The translations under genes and the position numbers were made by a program. Shown here in pieces: positions 1 to 10,021 of a stretch of DNA of 45,261 nt. Positions within the stretch are counted from its first letter, which is position 1. Every line of letters starts with the position of its first letter. The notes under the pieces are model-generated. The model saw nothing but the letters and a program-made list of their open reading frames with translations, was not told the origin of the DNA and made no database searches. The stretch is taken from sequence record DRR723986_11253; one strand, given 5' to 3'.

Positions 1-90
1 TTTTGCTTCTTCAGCAGCAGGAGCTTCTTCAGTCGCAGCTTCAGCAGCCGGAGCCTCTTCAGTTGCAGCTTCTTCAGCTGGTGCTTCTTC
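1..90 (-). repeat. Three imperfect 30-nt coding repeats in the S16 tail
   Basis: Translate to [10 protein letters not shown] / [10 protein letters not shown] / [10 protein letters not shown]. Confidence 0.85.
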
Positions 91-555
91 AACAGCAGGA
101 GCTTCTTTTGCAGCAATTTCAGCAGCTTTCGCTTCTTTCTTAGCAGTTTCAGCAGCTAATGCAGCTGCAGCTTTATCAGCGTTCGCTTTAGCAATTGATT
201 CAGCTTTTCCTTCAATCTTCGCTTCTTTTTCTTTCATCCAAGCAGCAAATTTCTTGTCTGCTTCTGCTTCAGTTAAAGCGCCTTTTGCTACACCTTTATC
301 TAAGTGATTTTTTAACATCACACCTTTGTAAGAAAGTATTGCTCTTGCAGTATCTGTTGGCTGTGCACCAATTTTTACCCAATGCAATGCTCTGTCAAAC
401 TTTAAATCGATTGTAGCAGGATCTGTATTTGGATTGTAAGTACCGATTTTCTCAATAAATTTACCATCTCTTTTTGCTCTTTCATCCGCAATTACTACGT
501 GATAAAATGCAGCTCTTTTTTTTCCGTGTCTTTGTAATCTAATTTTTGTTGCCAT
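1..555 (-). CDS. rpsP: 30S ribosomal protein S16 with long Ala/Glu-rich C-terminal extension (3' end runs off the window)
   Basis: Manual translation from ATG at 555: [46 protein letters not shown]..., a typical S16 N-terminus. No stop before position 1, so it is absent from the ORF track. Confidence 0.97.
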   Translation of the reverse strand, partial: MATKIRLQRHGKKRAAFYHVVIADERAKRDGKFIEKIGTYNPNTDPATIDLKFDRALHWVKIGAQPTDTARAILSYKGVMLKNHLDKGVAKGALTEAEADKKFAAWMKEKEAKIEGKAESIAKANADKAAAALAAETAKKEAKAAEIAAKEAPAVEEAPAEEAATEEAPAAEAATEEAPAAEEAK

Positions 556-571
556 TTAGCATTTATAATTT

Positions 572-623
572 GGAGTACGAAACTCCCGTTAATAATTTAA
601 TTTATCCTGATCCATATCAAGAT
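572..623 (-). promoter_or_regulatory. Structured 5' leader of rpsP (two hairpins), candidate ribosomal-protein leader
   Basis: Minus strand ATCTTGAT-ATGG-ATCAGGAT (623-604) and GGAGT-TTCGT-ACTCC (586-572) lie between the promoter box and the ATG. Confidence 0.5.
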
Positions 624-631
624 TGAGTCGG

Positions 632-662
632 CAAAGATAGTGAGTTTTCGTTTATTAACAAA
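632..662 (-). promoter_or_regulatory. Bacteroidota sigma-A promoter of rpsP
   Basis: TTTG (662-659), 19-nt spacer, then TATCTTTG (639-632); matches the -33 TTTG / -7 TAnnTTTG consensus. Confidence 0.75.
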
Positions 663-690
663 GCTATTGACAGAATTTACCAGGCGTGAT

Positions 691-2148
691 CTAATTTTCA
701 GTCTGATCTTGATCTGCTTGTTCATAAAATCCGAATAAACCTGGTCGATCCCCAGGTTCTGGAAATGCTGCTTTATATTCTTCAAAGCGCTGGATTACTT
801 CAATAATATATTCGTAAGTTTCTGTTCCTCTGCAATAACCATTTTTCACGACTTCATCTCTGTAATATTTGGGCTTTGATAAATTGAGGAGCATTTCATT
901 TACATGTCCATCCCAAACATCAGGATTCTTCTCGTATTTCTCGCACAAGGCTCTTGCATCATCAATGTGCGCACGTCCGGAGTTAAAATTGGCCAATGTA
1001 AACTTTAAACATTCGCTTGAATCAGGAATTTCTTCAAGCCATTGATTAAAGTTCTTATTCAATTTTTTTACGCCAGCTTTTATTTGGGCATCTGCTGAAG
1101 AATTTCTGGTAATACCATATGAGGCGGCAGTTGCCGGCATGAATTGAAAAATCCCGAATGCTCCTGCCCATGAAACTTTCCAAGTTTCGAATTTTGATTC
1201 CTGATAAATAATTGCAGAAATCAATCTCCAATCCCAACCAATTTTGGCGCTTTCCCTTTTGATGATATCGTCATACGGAGATAGAGCCCCATCTTGCAGT
1301 GACGAAAATTCCTTATTTGCTTTATTGGTAAGATTTTTTCGTTCAAAATACTTTCGTTTTACCTCACCTATAGTGGATTGGTTCTCTTTAGAATTCAGCC
1401 AATGATTTAAGGTGTCGAGCAATCTTCCCGAACCTTTTCTTAATCCAAAAGCAATTTCTTGCTGCTCACTAACTTTTAATGAGATATCGATATTATTATA
1501 AAAATTCAAATCTATTTTTGCTACGTTTTCATCAGCAATTGTATAGTCTATTTCACCAGTTGAAACTTGCTTTATCAATTCCTCGGTGATCAAATCCCCT
1601 TCAGTTGGAACAATCGTCATGTTCAAATTGAGATTCTCATTAATTTTTAAAATATGTTCATAAAAAGAAGAGTTCTTCCAGACATGAATTTTCTTATCCT
1701 TGAGTTGTTCAATTTCACTTATTAGCGTGTTTACCGTATCCGTGTCATGCGGAATTCGTTGAACCAATACTTCGTGCGTTTGAACGTATGAGGTTGAAAA
1801 GTCGAGTAGTGATTTACGTTGGTCGGTAACTGTCAAATGACAAGCGATAATATCTCCTTCACAATTATCTAACAACTCCAGCATTTCATCTAAATCGTTC
1901 ACCATTCTAATTTGAATTCGGATGTCCATATCCTTAGCAAATTCATAGAGCAATTCATACTCAAAGCCCATATTACGTCCTCGGTAAATAAAGTATGAAG
2001 CAGGACTATTTTCAGCGAGAACGGTAATTACACTGTCCTGATCAATTTCTTCCCAGTCTCTTTGGCACTTTTCTTCTTCGATTATTTCTACCTCTTCTGA
2101 ACAAGAAAAAATAATCAATAGTGAGAAAAGGGGGATCCAAAAACGCAT
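691..2148 (-). CDS. MltF-like lytic transglycosylase (substrate-binding domain + SLT domain), lipoprotein
   Basis: Lipobox IIFSC; GFEYELLYEFAK and DIIACHLTVT of the SBP family 3 domain; SLT motifs WRLISAIIYQES, GAFGIFQFMP, NSGRAH, RGTET. Confidence 0.88.
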   Translation of the reverse strand: MRFWIPLFSLLIIFSCSEEVEIIEEEKCQRDWEEIDQDSVITVLAENSPASYFIYRGRNMGFEYELLYEFAKDMDIRIQIRMVNDLDEMLELLDNCEGDIIACHLTVTDQRKSLLDFSTSYVQTHEVLVQRIPHDTDTVNTLISEIEQLKDKKIHVWKNSSFYEHILKINENLNLNMTIVPTEGDLITEELIKQVSTGEIDYTIADENVAKIDLNFYNNIDISLKVSEQQEIAFGLRKGSGRLLDTLNHWLNSKENQSTIGEVKRKYFERKNLTNKANKEFSSLQDGALSPYDDIIKRESAKIGWDWRLISAIIYQESKFETWKVSWAGAFGIFQFMPATAASYGITRNSSADAQIKAGVKKLNKNFNQWLEEIPDSSECLKFTLANFNSGRAHIDDARALCEKYEKNPDVWDGHVNEMLLNLSKPKYYRDEVVKNGYCRGTETYEYIIEVIQRFEEYKAAFPEPGDRPGLFGFYEQADQDQTEN

Positions 2149-2170
2149 ACTTCAATCTACGAAAAAAGAC

Positions 2171-2764
2171 TTATAAAGTCGAAATAAATTCGATTGAAGC
2201 CTGATCTATTTCGACTAAAAAGTGCTTAAAATGTTCATCAAACGTTTTCTTTTCGTTTAAATAGATTTCAAAGCACTCTTTAAGTTTGTTTTCAAAGCCT
2301 ATTCGCCGTGAGAATTGTCTGAATATTTTACGCATCCCCTTTTCAGATTCATAGTCTTTCATCCAACCGTATTTCTTAACACGGTAGTAAAGTTGATCAA
2401 ATTCATCATCTAGGTGATGTAAGTTTTCGTCAGTGTATTGATAGACATAATTAAGGAATTCGTCATAAGTCATATCTGAAAAATCTGACCAGTTTTCTGC
2501 CAAATAGTAATCTACCAAAATATCGGTTGCGATAAATGCAATTTTTTGAATTCCTTTCGATTGTAGATGTTTTCCTGCTGCTAAAATATGAGGAGAATGA
2601 TCAGTGAAGTTATCTATGAAACGGTGCAGTTTTATACCATCAAGTATATGCTTTGGTAAAAAATCAAACTTATTTAAATTCCCCTTGTATGAATCGCCAC
2701 CAAAATTTCCCGCAATTAATTCAGGGTGTTTACGGGCGATATAAGCGTGACCTAGAAAATTCAC
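2171..2764 (-). CDS. acpH: Acyl carrier protein phosphodiesterase (DUF479)
   Basis: MNFLGHAY, GNFGGDSYKG, GIKLHRFIDNFTDH motifs. Confidence 0.85.
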   Translation of the reverse strand: MNFLGHAYIARKHPELIAGNFGGDSYKGNLNKFDFLPKHILDGIKLHRFIDNFTDHSPHILAAGKHLQSKGIQKIAFIATDILVDYYLAENWSDFSDMTYDEFLNYVYQYTDENLHHLDDEFDQLYYRVKKYGWMKDYESEKGMRKIFRQFSRRIGFENKLKECFEIYLNEKKTFDEHFKHFLVEIDQASIEFISTL

Positions 2765-2770
2765 CTTTGC

Positions 2771-3775
2771 TTATGATTTAATAACCTTCTGGTAGTGAAT
2801 TGTTGTATTGTCAATGCTGTTGATCTTTAGAATATATACTCCACTAGGAAAAGATTCTAAGCTAAGTTGTGTAGTTCCAGATAATTCTGAGCCATCTAAC
2901 ACGAGCACTCCTATAGAAGAATAAAATTCGAATGAAAAAGCAGTATTAGCAGTAATCCGAATTTGGTCGGTTGTCGGATTAGGGTAAACAGCATAATTTT
3001 GAATATCTCCTTCTGGATTCGATAGTACGCAATCAACGCTAAATACACATCCAGCAGGAATATCACTAGAACAGCAGCTTTGAGCTTGCGTAACATTGTT
3101 TACAAGTATGCAAGTTAGGTTCGGATTGTCCTTGGCCGAGAAAAATTCTATATAAGAGCTGCCACCGTGTTTCAAGTTTAAATAAGTCAATTCATTGTTA
3201 TCACAATAAAGTTTGTCTATTGATGGAGAACTAGAAAGGTCTAAAGAATCAATGTTGTTCAAAGAGCAATACAATTGTTCAAGATTGGTTAATGGTGGAA
3301 TGATCAACTCATCCATATTATTTCCTGAACAATAGATACCCACCATATTCGGATTGTTACTTAGATCAAGTGTGTCAATTTGGTTATCGGTAATAGCGAT
3401 TGTCACTAGATCGCTGAGCATGGATACATTTATTGAGTTCAGCAGGTTCTCTTCGAGATTAATAATTTTTAAATTCAAATTTTGACTAAAATCAATGCTG
3501 GTAATATTATTCTCATTTGCATACAAGTTGGTAAGGGCGTCAAAACCTTCCAAACCAGTTAAATCATTAATGTTGTATGCGGCGACATTTAAATTCGTGA
3601 TGGACTGAATGTCCGTTGTTAATACCTGAGCATTGATTGTTCCGTCTGAATCTATTCCTAAATCTATCAGGGCTTGTTCAAAATTCGCATCAGGAATCGC
3701 TGTGACTTGACTAAGTGACGTTGTGCCAGAGGCTAAACTTAAGAAAATAATTAAGACCTGTAGAGTAGTTTTCAT
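2771..3775 (-). CDS. Leucine-rich-repeat protein with T9SS type A C-terminal sorting domain
   Basis: Signal peptide, IPDANFEQALID N-cap, LxxLxCxxNxI repeats, C-terminal VYPNPT...GVYILKI...KVIK. Confidence 0.9.
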   Translation of the reverse strand: MKTTLQVLIIFLSLASGTTSLSQVTAIPDANFEQALIDLGIDSDGTINAQVLTTDIQSITNLNVAAYNINDLTGLEGFDALTNLYANENNITSIDFSQNLNLKIINLEENLLNSINVSMLSDLVTIAITDNQIDTLDLSNNPNMVGIYCSGNNMDELIIPPLTNLEQLYCSLNNIDSLDLSSSPSIDKLYCDNNELTYLNLKHGGSSYIEFFSAKDNPNLTCILVNNVTQAQSCCSSDIPAGCVFSVDCVLSNPEGDIQNYAVYPNPTTDQIRITANTAFSFEFYSSIGVLVLDGSELSGTTQLSLESFPSGVYILKINSIDNTTIHYQKVIKS

Positions 3776-3792
3776 GGGTCTAATGTAGTGAT

Positions 3793-5382
3793 TTATTGAA
3801 TCTTAAAATCACTTGTGAAATGAAAAGTAATCTCGGGATAATCCGTTTGTGCCATCTGTAATAAGAAAGGCGTCTCAGCTAAAAATACATGGTTGTCATC
3901 CTTATCAAGAGCGATATAGATTGACTTCGCCTTAATGAATTTATTGAGTTGATCCTTGTTATCAGTAGTCATCCAACAAGCTTTATAAAATCTTTTAGGA
4001 GCAAAGCTACATTTGGCACCATACTCATGTTCTAAACGATAGGCAATTACTTCAAATTGAAGTTGACCAACAGTTCCAACAATTTTTCTGTTTCCAGGCT
4101 GTTGAACAAATAATTGGGCAACGCCTTCATCAGTTAATTGTTGAATTCCTTTTTCTAACTGTTTGGATTTCATAGGGTCTTTATTCTCAAGCTCCATAAA
4201 AATCTCTGGAGAGAAACTCGGTATACCTTTAAAAGAAAAGGTGGTGCCCTCGGTTAGTGTGTCTCCGATTTTAAAGTTTCCTGTATCATATAAACCAACT
4301 ACATCTCCAGGAAAAGCTTCGTCTATAATGCTTTTGTCTTGAGCCATAAAGGAAGTAGGGTTAGAGAACTTTAGTTTTTTGTCTAAGCGAACATGATTGT
4401 AAAATTTATTTCGCTCAAATGTTCCGGATACTATCCTTAAAAAGGCAATCCTATCTCTATGTTTAGGATCAAGATTCGCATGGATTTTAAAAATAAACCC
4501 GGAAAAATCATTGTCTTGAGGTGTCACAAATCCATCAGACGTATCTCTTCCAATTGGAGAAGGGGAGATATCTAAAAACGTCTCCAAAAGTTCCTTTACA
4601 CCGAAATTATTAATGGCCGAACCGAAAAAAACCGGAGCTACTTGTCCTGACAAATAGGCTTCTTTATCAAAAGCGTCATAAACTCCATCTACAAGTTCAA
4701 GCTCTTCTTTTAATTCTGCTGTTGGCTCATCTCCAATTATTTCATTCAATTTAGGATCTGATAAATCATTGATTTTAACGACATCATCAGAGATCTTCGT
4801 TTTATTAGCAGAGAACAAGTTAAGCTCCTTGTTGTACATGTTGTACACACCTTGAAATGTATGTCCAATACCAATAGGCCAAGATAAAGGTCTGACCTTA
4901 ATTTTTAGCATGTCTTCCAATTCATCCAATAATTCAAATGAATCTCTCCCTTCTCTATCCATTTTATTAATGAATATAATTACAGGAGTGTTTCGCATTC
5001 TACACACTTCCATCAATCTTTCTGTCTGTGGCTCAACACCACTTGCACAGTCTATTATTAGGATTACACTGTCCACTGCAGTTAATGTTCGGTATGTATC
5101 TTCAGCGAAATCTTTGTGCCCTGGCGTGTCTAGGATATTGATTTGCTTACCTAAATACTGAAAAGCCATAACGGATGTAGCAACAGAGATTCCTCTTTGT
5201 TTCTCAATTTCCATGAAATCAGAAGTTGCTGTTTTCTTGATTTTATTGTTTTTAACAGCACCCGCAGTTTGGATGGCACCTCCAAAAAGAAGTAATTTTT
5301 CAGTTAAAGTTGTTTTACCGGCATCTGGGTGTGAGATAATGGCAAATGTTCTTCTTTTTTCAATTTCTACGTCCTGTTTCAT
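3793..5382 (-). CDS. prfC: Peptide chain release factor 3
   Basis: [42 protein letters not shown]. Confidence 0.98.
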   Translation of the reverse strand: MKQDVEIEKRRTFAIISHPDAGKTTLTEKLLLFGGAIQTAGAVKNNKIKKTATSDFMEIEKQRGISVATSVMAFQYLGKQINILDTPGHKDFAEDTYRTLTAVDSVILIIDCASGVEPQTERLMEVCRMRNTPVIIFINKMDREGRDSFELLDELEDMLKIKVRPLSWPIGIGHTFQGVYNMYNKELNLFSANKTKISDDVVKINDLSDPKLNEIIGDEPTAELKEELELVDGVYDAFDKEAYLSGQVAPVFFGSAINNFGVKELLETFLDISPSPIGRDTSDGFVTPQDNDFSGFIFKIHANLDPKHRDRIAFLRIVSGTFERNKFYNHVRLDKKLKFSNPTSFMAQDKSIIDEAFPGDVVGLYDTGNFKIGDTLTEGTTFSFKGIPSFSPEIFMELENKDPMKSKQLEKGIQQLTDEGVAQLFVQQPGNRKIVGTVGQLQFEVIAYRLEHEYGAKCSFAPKRFYKACWMTTDNKDQLNKFIKAKSIYIALDKDDNHVFLAETPFLLQMAQTDYPEITFHFTSDFKIQ

Positions 5383-5418
5383 CCTCTGTTTTAGGCTTGT
5401 TTAACATCTTAAGCGGAA

Positions 5419-5445
5419 CAAAAGTAGCAGTTTTCCGTATCTTTG
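5419..5445. promoter_or_regulatory. Back-to-back -7 promoter boxes for prfC and the L,D-transpeptidase gene
   Basis: TACTTTTG on minus strand (5426-5419) and TATCTTTG on plus strand (5438-5445). Confidence 0.65.
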
Positions 5446-5448
5446 TGC

Positions 5449-6231
5449 ATGATGCGTGCAAGGAATACGAAAAAAGCAATGATTTTTTTCGGCTTATTCT
5501 CGCTAATGGCAATCAACGGCTTTGGATCCAATCGTGGTAGTGGTGATCCTGTAGTCAGTGAATTGCTAAAAAATGATTCAATAGTACAAATTGCAAAAGC
5601 AGAGTTTTCTGTTTACGCAAAGTACGTATATGATGAAATTGGCGAAATGGAGCTGAGTTTTGAAGCCTTTGAACAAGGCTTGACGGGTTATACCAATCTA
5701 TATAAGCGAAATGAAATTTCTCGTTTCGACACCCTTACGATTATTGATTTTTCTAAACCTTCTAATGAGGTCAGACTTTTCATCATTGATTTATGTGCTC
5801 AAAAAGTCATACATAAATCATTGTGTTCCCATGGAATTAATTCAGGCAGATTGTATGCTAGAAAGTTTTCAAATGAAAATAATTCTAGACAAAGCAGCAT
5901 AGGTTTTTACGTAACAACGTCAACTTACCATAGCCGAAAGTATGATTTAGCCTTGAGATTAAGAGGGATGGAATACACGAATTCCCATGCAAGCAGTAGA
6001 GGAGTAGTCATGCATGCCGCGCATTATGCAACCTATGAATTTCTTGAGAAAAATGGATGTCAACTTGGACGTTCGTATGGTTGTCCGGCAGTTCCTGCAG
6101 ATAATTTTGATAAGGTTGTTAAAGATATTAAAGAGGGTTCTTGTTTATTCATTTATTATCCTTCTAGATCCTACAAAAGATATTCTAAATACCTCAATCA
6201 CAAGAACTATCTTGAGGATTTTGTTTTGTAA
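5449..6231 (+). CDS. Murein L,D-transpeptidase catalytic-domain family protein (YkuD_2-like)
   Basis: LTIIDFSKPSNEVRL, HGINSG, FSNENNSRQSSIGF, VMHAAHYA...LGRSYGCPAV (catalytic His/Cys). Start moved from TTG 5443 to ATG 5449 because 5443 lies inside the -7 box; 5452 is also possible. Confidence 0.9.
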   Translation: MMRARNTKKAMIFFGLFSLMAINGFGSNRGSGDPVVSELLKNDSIVQIAKAEFSVYAKYVYDEIGEMELSFEAFEQGLTGYTNLYKRNEISRFDTLTIIDFSKPSNEVRLFIIDLCAQKVIHKSLCSHGINSGRLYARKFSNENNSRQSSIGFYVTTSTYHSRKYDLALRLRGMEYTNSHASSRGVVMHAAHYATYEFLEKNGCQLGRSYGCPAVPADNFDKVVKDIKEGSCLFIYYPSRSYKRYSKYLNHKNYLEDFVL

Positions 6232-6252
6232 AAAGTAAAGGAATCTATTCTA

Positions 6253-8457
6253 TTATCGGAGAATAGTCAATCTTTTCGATTCGATCAATTCACCATTTCG
6301 ATAAATCAACACAGAATAATTGCCATTTTCAAGATGTGAAACATCAAGTGTTGTTGATGATAGAAATGTTGAACCATTCAGGACCGATCTTCCCATCAAA
6401 TCAACAACTTCAATTGAAGATGGAACTTCAGATTTTTGTTCTAGATTAATGGTAACTAAATCTTTAGAAGGATTAGGGTATAGGGAGTATTCATAGTTAA
6501 AATCAATGGCAACTATGTCCGACATGGATTGTACATCACCCTCATGGTCGAACTCATATTTGTAATAATTTGTTCCTTCAAAAGGCGAATTGTCTTGATA
6601 CTTATAATTAAGTTCTCCTTCAGGTGTAAAATGAGTTATTGTCTCCCAATTTTCACCGTCTTTAGATTTCATAAGGCGCATCATATTAATGCCTTCTTCA
6701 TTTTGTAAATCTAAATTCAAATCAATACCACTTCTGTTTTTAAGACCTGAAAAATCTTTAATCTCTACATTCAATGGACAACCAATATCAAAAGTTGCAG
6801 TTACCGTGGTCCCGCACGCGTCTGTGACATCAACTGTATAAGTTGATACTGTTCCTGGTACAGAAACCGTAGGACTAGTAGGGCCATGACTCCAAGAATA
6901 AGAATAAGGACCTACGCCATATAAGGGTGTCGGGTTTAAGGTTTGAGAACCCGCACAATCTGCATCATATATATTTTGAGTACCATTTCCAGTTGCTGTA
7001 TTTCCCAAAGTCTCAATACTACGACCTTGCACGGTTATCGACCAGTCATTTAAAGATTGACAATAACTATTTGCCCAGACGCAATTATCAAATCCATAAT
7101 TAGAAGCACAAGTTAGGCGATTCAGTGAAATGGTAAAAGTTAAATTTTGATTTGCACAGGATGCTGAATAGCATTGTGCTAATGATTGTGTACCGGCCTG
7201 ATTAAATCCAATAGTTGGCGTCCAAGATCCAATGGTGTTACATCCAGGACAAGTCCAAACTGTTGCTGCTCCGGGTGAGGCACCTCCACAAGAACTGGTT
7301 ACTCTGACCTGAGCTTCTGACATCAAACAGTCAATAAAAACACCGAAATCAACAAAAATCCAAGCGCAAAAATCGGATATAACGGTCCATGTAATTTGTG
7401 TGTCCCAAGGTGTTGAACCACCAGGGAAATTCACAACAATATTGTTAGTGCAAGATGCTGGAGACGGAAGGGATCCCATGACTCCGCCCCCGTTAGCTAC
7501 AGGACCAACAGCAGTAAATGTAGGGTCTACTGTTATGGGGTATACACGACTTGGGTCATTTAAATGAATAGAGTCACATTTAATTAATAAGTTGTTTCCT
7601 AGAATTTCATATTCACTCAACCATGACTCGGCGTTTCCACTAGCGTCAAAAGTTCGTGCTGGATCAACAACAACTTCAGTTACCCCAGATTCTGTATCGT
7701 AAATTTCAACAAAATTCATGTTGAACGGATTGTTATTGCTTAAAATCGCATTGTATCCGACAGGAAGGCCAAGATTATCAATGAAAGTAATTTCTTTAGC
7801 ATTTAAGTTTTGCTTAATGATTAGATTTGATTTTACACGTCCCTCCGCGTATTTAACTTCTAAATCAATAAAGGGGAAAATATCTACCACATAATAACCG
7901 AAGTTATTCACGTTAACAGTGCTCCAGTTACTTTCCAATATTTCAATTGAATTGTCGTTGTTTAGCCGTTTTAATTGAAAGTTATTAAAAGTCAACAAAC
8001 CGTCCGCGATTTTCATTCCCGAGTTTTTATCTTGTAGATTCACTGAAGTCACATTTTTTTGAAGGCCTGATTCGTAAAAACTTGCTGTCTGCTGATGAAG
8101 GCTAAAGTCAATGGCTCTCATTATTCCATCAACTTCCATGTTAATGGCTTTTGTTGATCGCTCAATGTAAAAAAAATGAGGATTATCTATGTCAATATAA
8201 TGTCTTTGGTGAGTTTGCCTTCTGCCTATCACTTCCACAACATTAACACCGTACGGTGCTGCAAAAGTTAATTTGCCGAAATCAGGATGGTCCTTAAATT
8301 CTTCTTCATTATACTTCAATCCTTCTTCCGCTGAGTATGAAGGATGGTCCACCATAGCTGGTTGTTCTTGAAGATAAATTGAAGGTCCATTCTGACTGAA
8401 AATTATATTCCCAGCAAAAACAAATATTACAATCGATATAATCTTGTTTAAAGTCAA
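6253..8457 (-). CDS. T9SS type A cargo protein, multi-domain, with Cys-rich central region
   Basis: Signal peptide; N-terminal domain ending YPITVDPT; Cys-rich domain; SprB/PKD-like GPYSYSWS...YTVDVTDACG; PLNVEIKDF Ig-like domain; C-terminal LYPNPS...GNYSVLI. Confidence 0.85.
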   Translation of the reverse strand: MTLNKIISIVIFVFAGNIIFSQNGPSIYLQEQPAMVDHPSYSAEEGLKYNEEEFKDHPDFGKLTFAAPYGVNVVEVIGRRQTHQRHYIDIDNPHFFYIERSTKAINMEVDGIMRAIDFSLHQQTASFYESGLQKNVTSVNLQDKNSGMKIADGLLTFNNFQLKRLNNDNSIEILESNWSTVNVNNFGYYVVDIFPFIDLEVKYAEGRVKSNLIIKQNLNAKEITFIDNLGLPVGYNAILSNNNPFNMNFVEIYDTESGVTEVVVDPARTFDASGNAESWLSEYEILGNNLLIKCDSIHLNDPSRVYPITVDPTFTAVGPVANGGGVMGSLPSPASCTNNIVVNFPGGSTPWDTQITWTVISDFCAWIFVDFGVFIDCLMSEAQVRVTSSCGGASPGAATVWTCPGCNTIGSWTPTIGFNQAGTQSLAQCYSASCANQNLTFTISLNRLTCASNYGFDNCVWANSYCQSLNDWSITVQGRSIETLGNTATGNGTQNIYDADCAGSQTLNPTPLYGVGPYSYSWSHGPTSPTVSVPGTVSTYTVDVTDACGTTVTATFDIGCPLNVEIKDFSGLKNRSGIDLNLDLQNEEGINMMRLMKSKDGENWETITHFTPEGELNYKYQDNSPFEGTNYYKYEFDHEGDVQSMSDIVAIDFNYEYSLYPNPSKDLVTINLEQKSEVPSSIEVVDLMGRSVLNGSTFLSSTTLDVSHLENGNYSVLIYRNGELIESKRLTILR

Positions 8458-8482
8458 AGTAGTAGCTCTAAAAATCTAAATG

Positions 8483-8624
8483 CAAATTTAGTTTATTTTA
8501 CATCATTTGTCAACAAGAATTATACCTAAAAGGATTTAGTAATCTAGGAACTTCATTAAAAAGCATTTATTTTAAAAATATAACAGACAATAAATTGTCT
8601 ACTGTCTGAGATTCAATAAATTTG
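8483..8624. promoter_or_regulatory. Divergent -7 promoter boxes
   Basis: TAAATTTG on minus strand (8490-8483) and on plus strand (8617-8624). Confidence 0.6.
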
Positions 8625-8625
8625 C

Positions 8626-9255
8626 ATGCAAATAATGAAGTATTTACTTGGCATAGGATTATTAATTTTAGGTGGCTTGATCGGCTACTTTATTGGCGCA
8701 CATACTTTTGATAGTGATGTCCAGTTAGATGAGGCTCCAAAAACTGAGTTTATTACTCAAACTGTGCACGATACGATTGTTAAAACTGAACAAGTTAATA
8801 TTGCCTTACCAATTGAAGATGAGGATTCGATTGAAGTCATGAATGACAGTTTGTTTTCACTCAATGATAGTTTGGATATCTTAAACCCACAGGATACACT
8901 AGAGGATATAACGATTAGTCGGGAGGTTTTAGAAAAGTCGAAGTGGCTAGATGTTCAGGTTTTAAAGGAGTTTGAAGATAAGGACTCATTGATTAAAGAA
9001 ATGTTAGGCATCACTGAGAATTTACCAAAATCAATGTTAGTGGAGTTTTGGAACTCACCGTTGAACTATTCTGGCTATAAATTCTCGCGTTCTAAACTTG
9101 TATTATACGGAATGCCGTCTCAATTAGAGTATAAACTGTATCGTAAAAAAGAAACCTATTTTCTTTCTACACAAAATGTTTATTATCAGCTGAAAGAGTC
9201 AGATGATTTCCTGACTTACTCAGAAGTCAGCAAAGACAAAGTTTTCAATGATTAG
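8626..9255 (+). CDS. Hypothetical protein with N-terminal membrane anchor
   Basis: 209-aa ORF with hydrophobic N-terminus; overlaps the dapF start. True start may be ATG 8635. Confidence 0.8.
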   Translation: MQIMKYLLGIGLLILGGLIGYFIGAHTFDSDVQLDEAPKTEFITQTVHDTIVKTEQVNIALPIEDEDSIEVMNDSLFSLNDSLDILNPQDTLEDITISREVLEKSKWLDVQVLKEFEDKDSLIKEMLGITENLPKSMLVEFWNSPLNYSGYKFSRSKLVLYGMPSQLEYKLYRKKETYFLSTQNVYYQLKESDDFLTYSEVSKDKVFND

Positions 9256-10021
9256 ATTTTACAAGTATCAAGGGGCTGGAAATGATTTTATCATGATAGA
9301 TAATCGGACTTTACAGTTTGAAGGCGATAAAATTCAATTTGCAATTCGTTGGTGCAATAGAAAATTCGGGATAGGTTCTGATGGATTGATTTTCATAGAA
9401 AAAGAGGATGCATCAGATTTTAAAATGGATTTTTATAACCCTGATGGTTCTCAAAGTTTCTGTGGTAATGGATCACGTTGTGCTGTAGCCTTCGCTCGTA
9501 AATTAGGAATGATTGGTGACCAGTGCAAATTTCTTGCTGTTGATGGTTACCATCAGGCCAGAATTGAACAGGACACCTATCACATTTTAATGGCAGATGT
9601 CAATGCCATCACAGAAATAGGTCAGGATAAAGTGTTGGATACCGGCTCACCACATTATATTAAGTTTTGCGAAAATGTTCAAGACATTGATGTGGTAGTG
9701 GAAGGTCGAAAAATTAGATATTCAGATCAGTTTAAACAGCAAGGTATCAATGTGAATTTTCTAGAAAAATTAGACCCTAATGCCATTCGTTTAAGAACTT
9801 ATGAGCGCGGTGTTGAAAATGAAACTTTAGCTTGCGGAACTGGTGCAACTGCGGCAGCATTATCTTTTGCCGACAAAGAACAAATAATAACGGGAATTAT
9901 AGATGTCAAAGTGGAGGGAGGAGATTTGAAAGTTGCTTTTAAAAGAAGTGATTCGGGCTATACAGATGTATGGTTAATTGGACCTGCAGTGGAAGTGTTT
10001 AAAGGTGAATTGAATGTCTAA
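9248..10021 (+). CDS. dapF: Diaminopimelate epimerase
   Basis: FYKYQGAGNDF, GIGSDG, FYNPDGS..FCGNGSRC, TGSPH, RTYERGVENETLACGTG. Confidence 0.97.
   Translation: MIRFYKYQGAGNDFIMIDNRTLQFEGDKIQFAIRWCNRKFGIGSDGLIFIEKEDASDFKMDFYNPDGSQSFCGNGSRCAVAFARKLGMIGDQCKFLAVDGYHQARIEQDTYHILMADVNAITEIGQDKVLDTGSPHYIKFCENVQDIDVVVEGRKIRYSDQFKQQGINVNFLEKLDPNAIRLRTYERGVENETLACGTGATAAALSFADKEQIITGIIDVKVEGGDLKVAFKRSDSGYTDVWLIGPAVEVFKGELNV

Noticed and set aside
195-416. 73-aa plus-strand ORF
   Set aside because: Antisense shadow of rpsP.
597-785. 62-aa minus-strand ORF
   Set aside because: Overlaps the MltF-like gene out of frame and runs over the rpsP promoter and leader.
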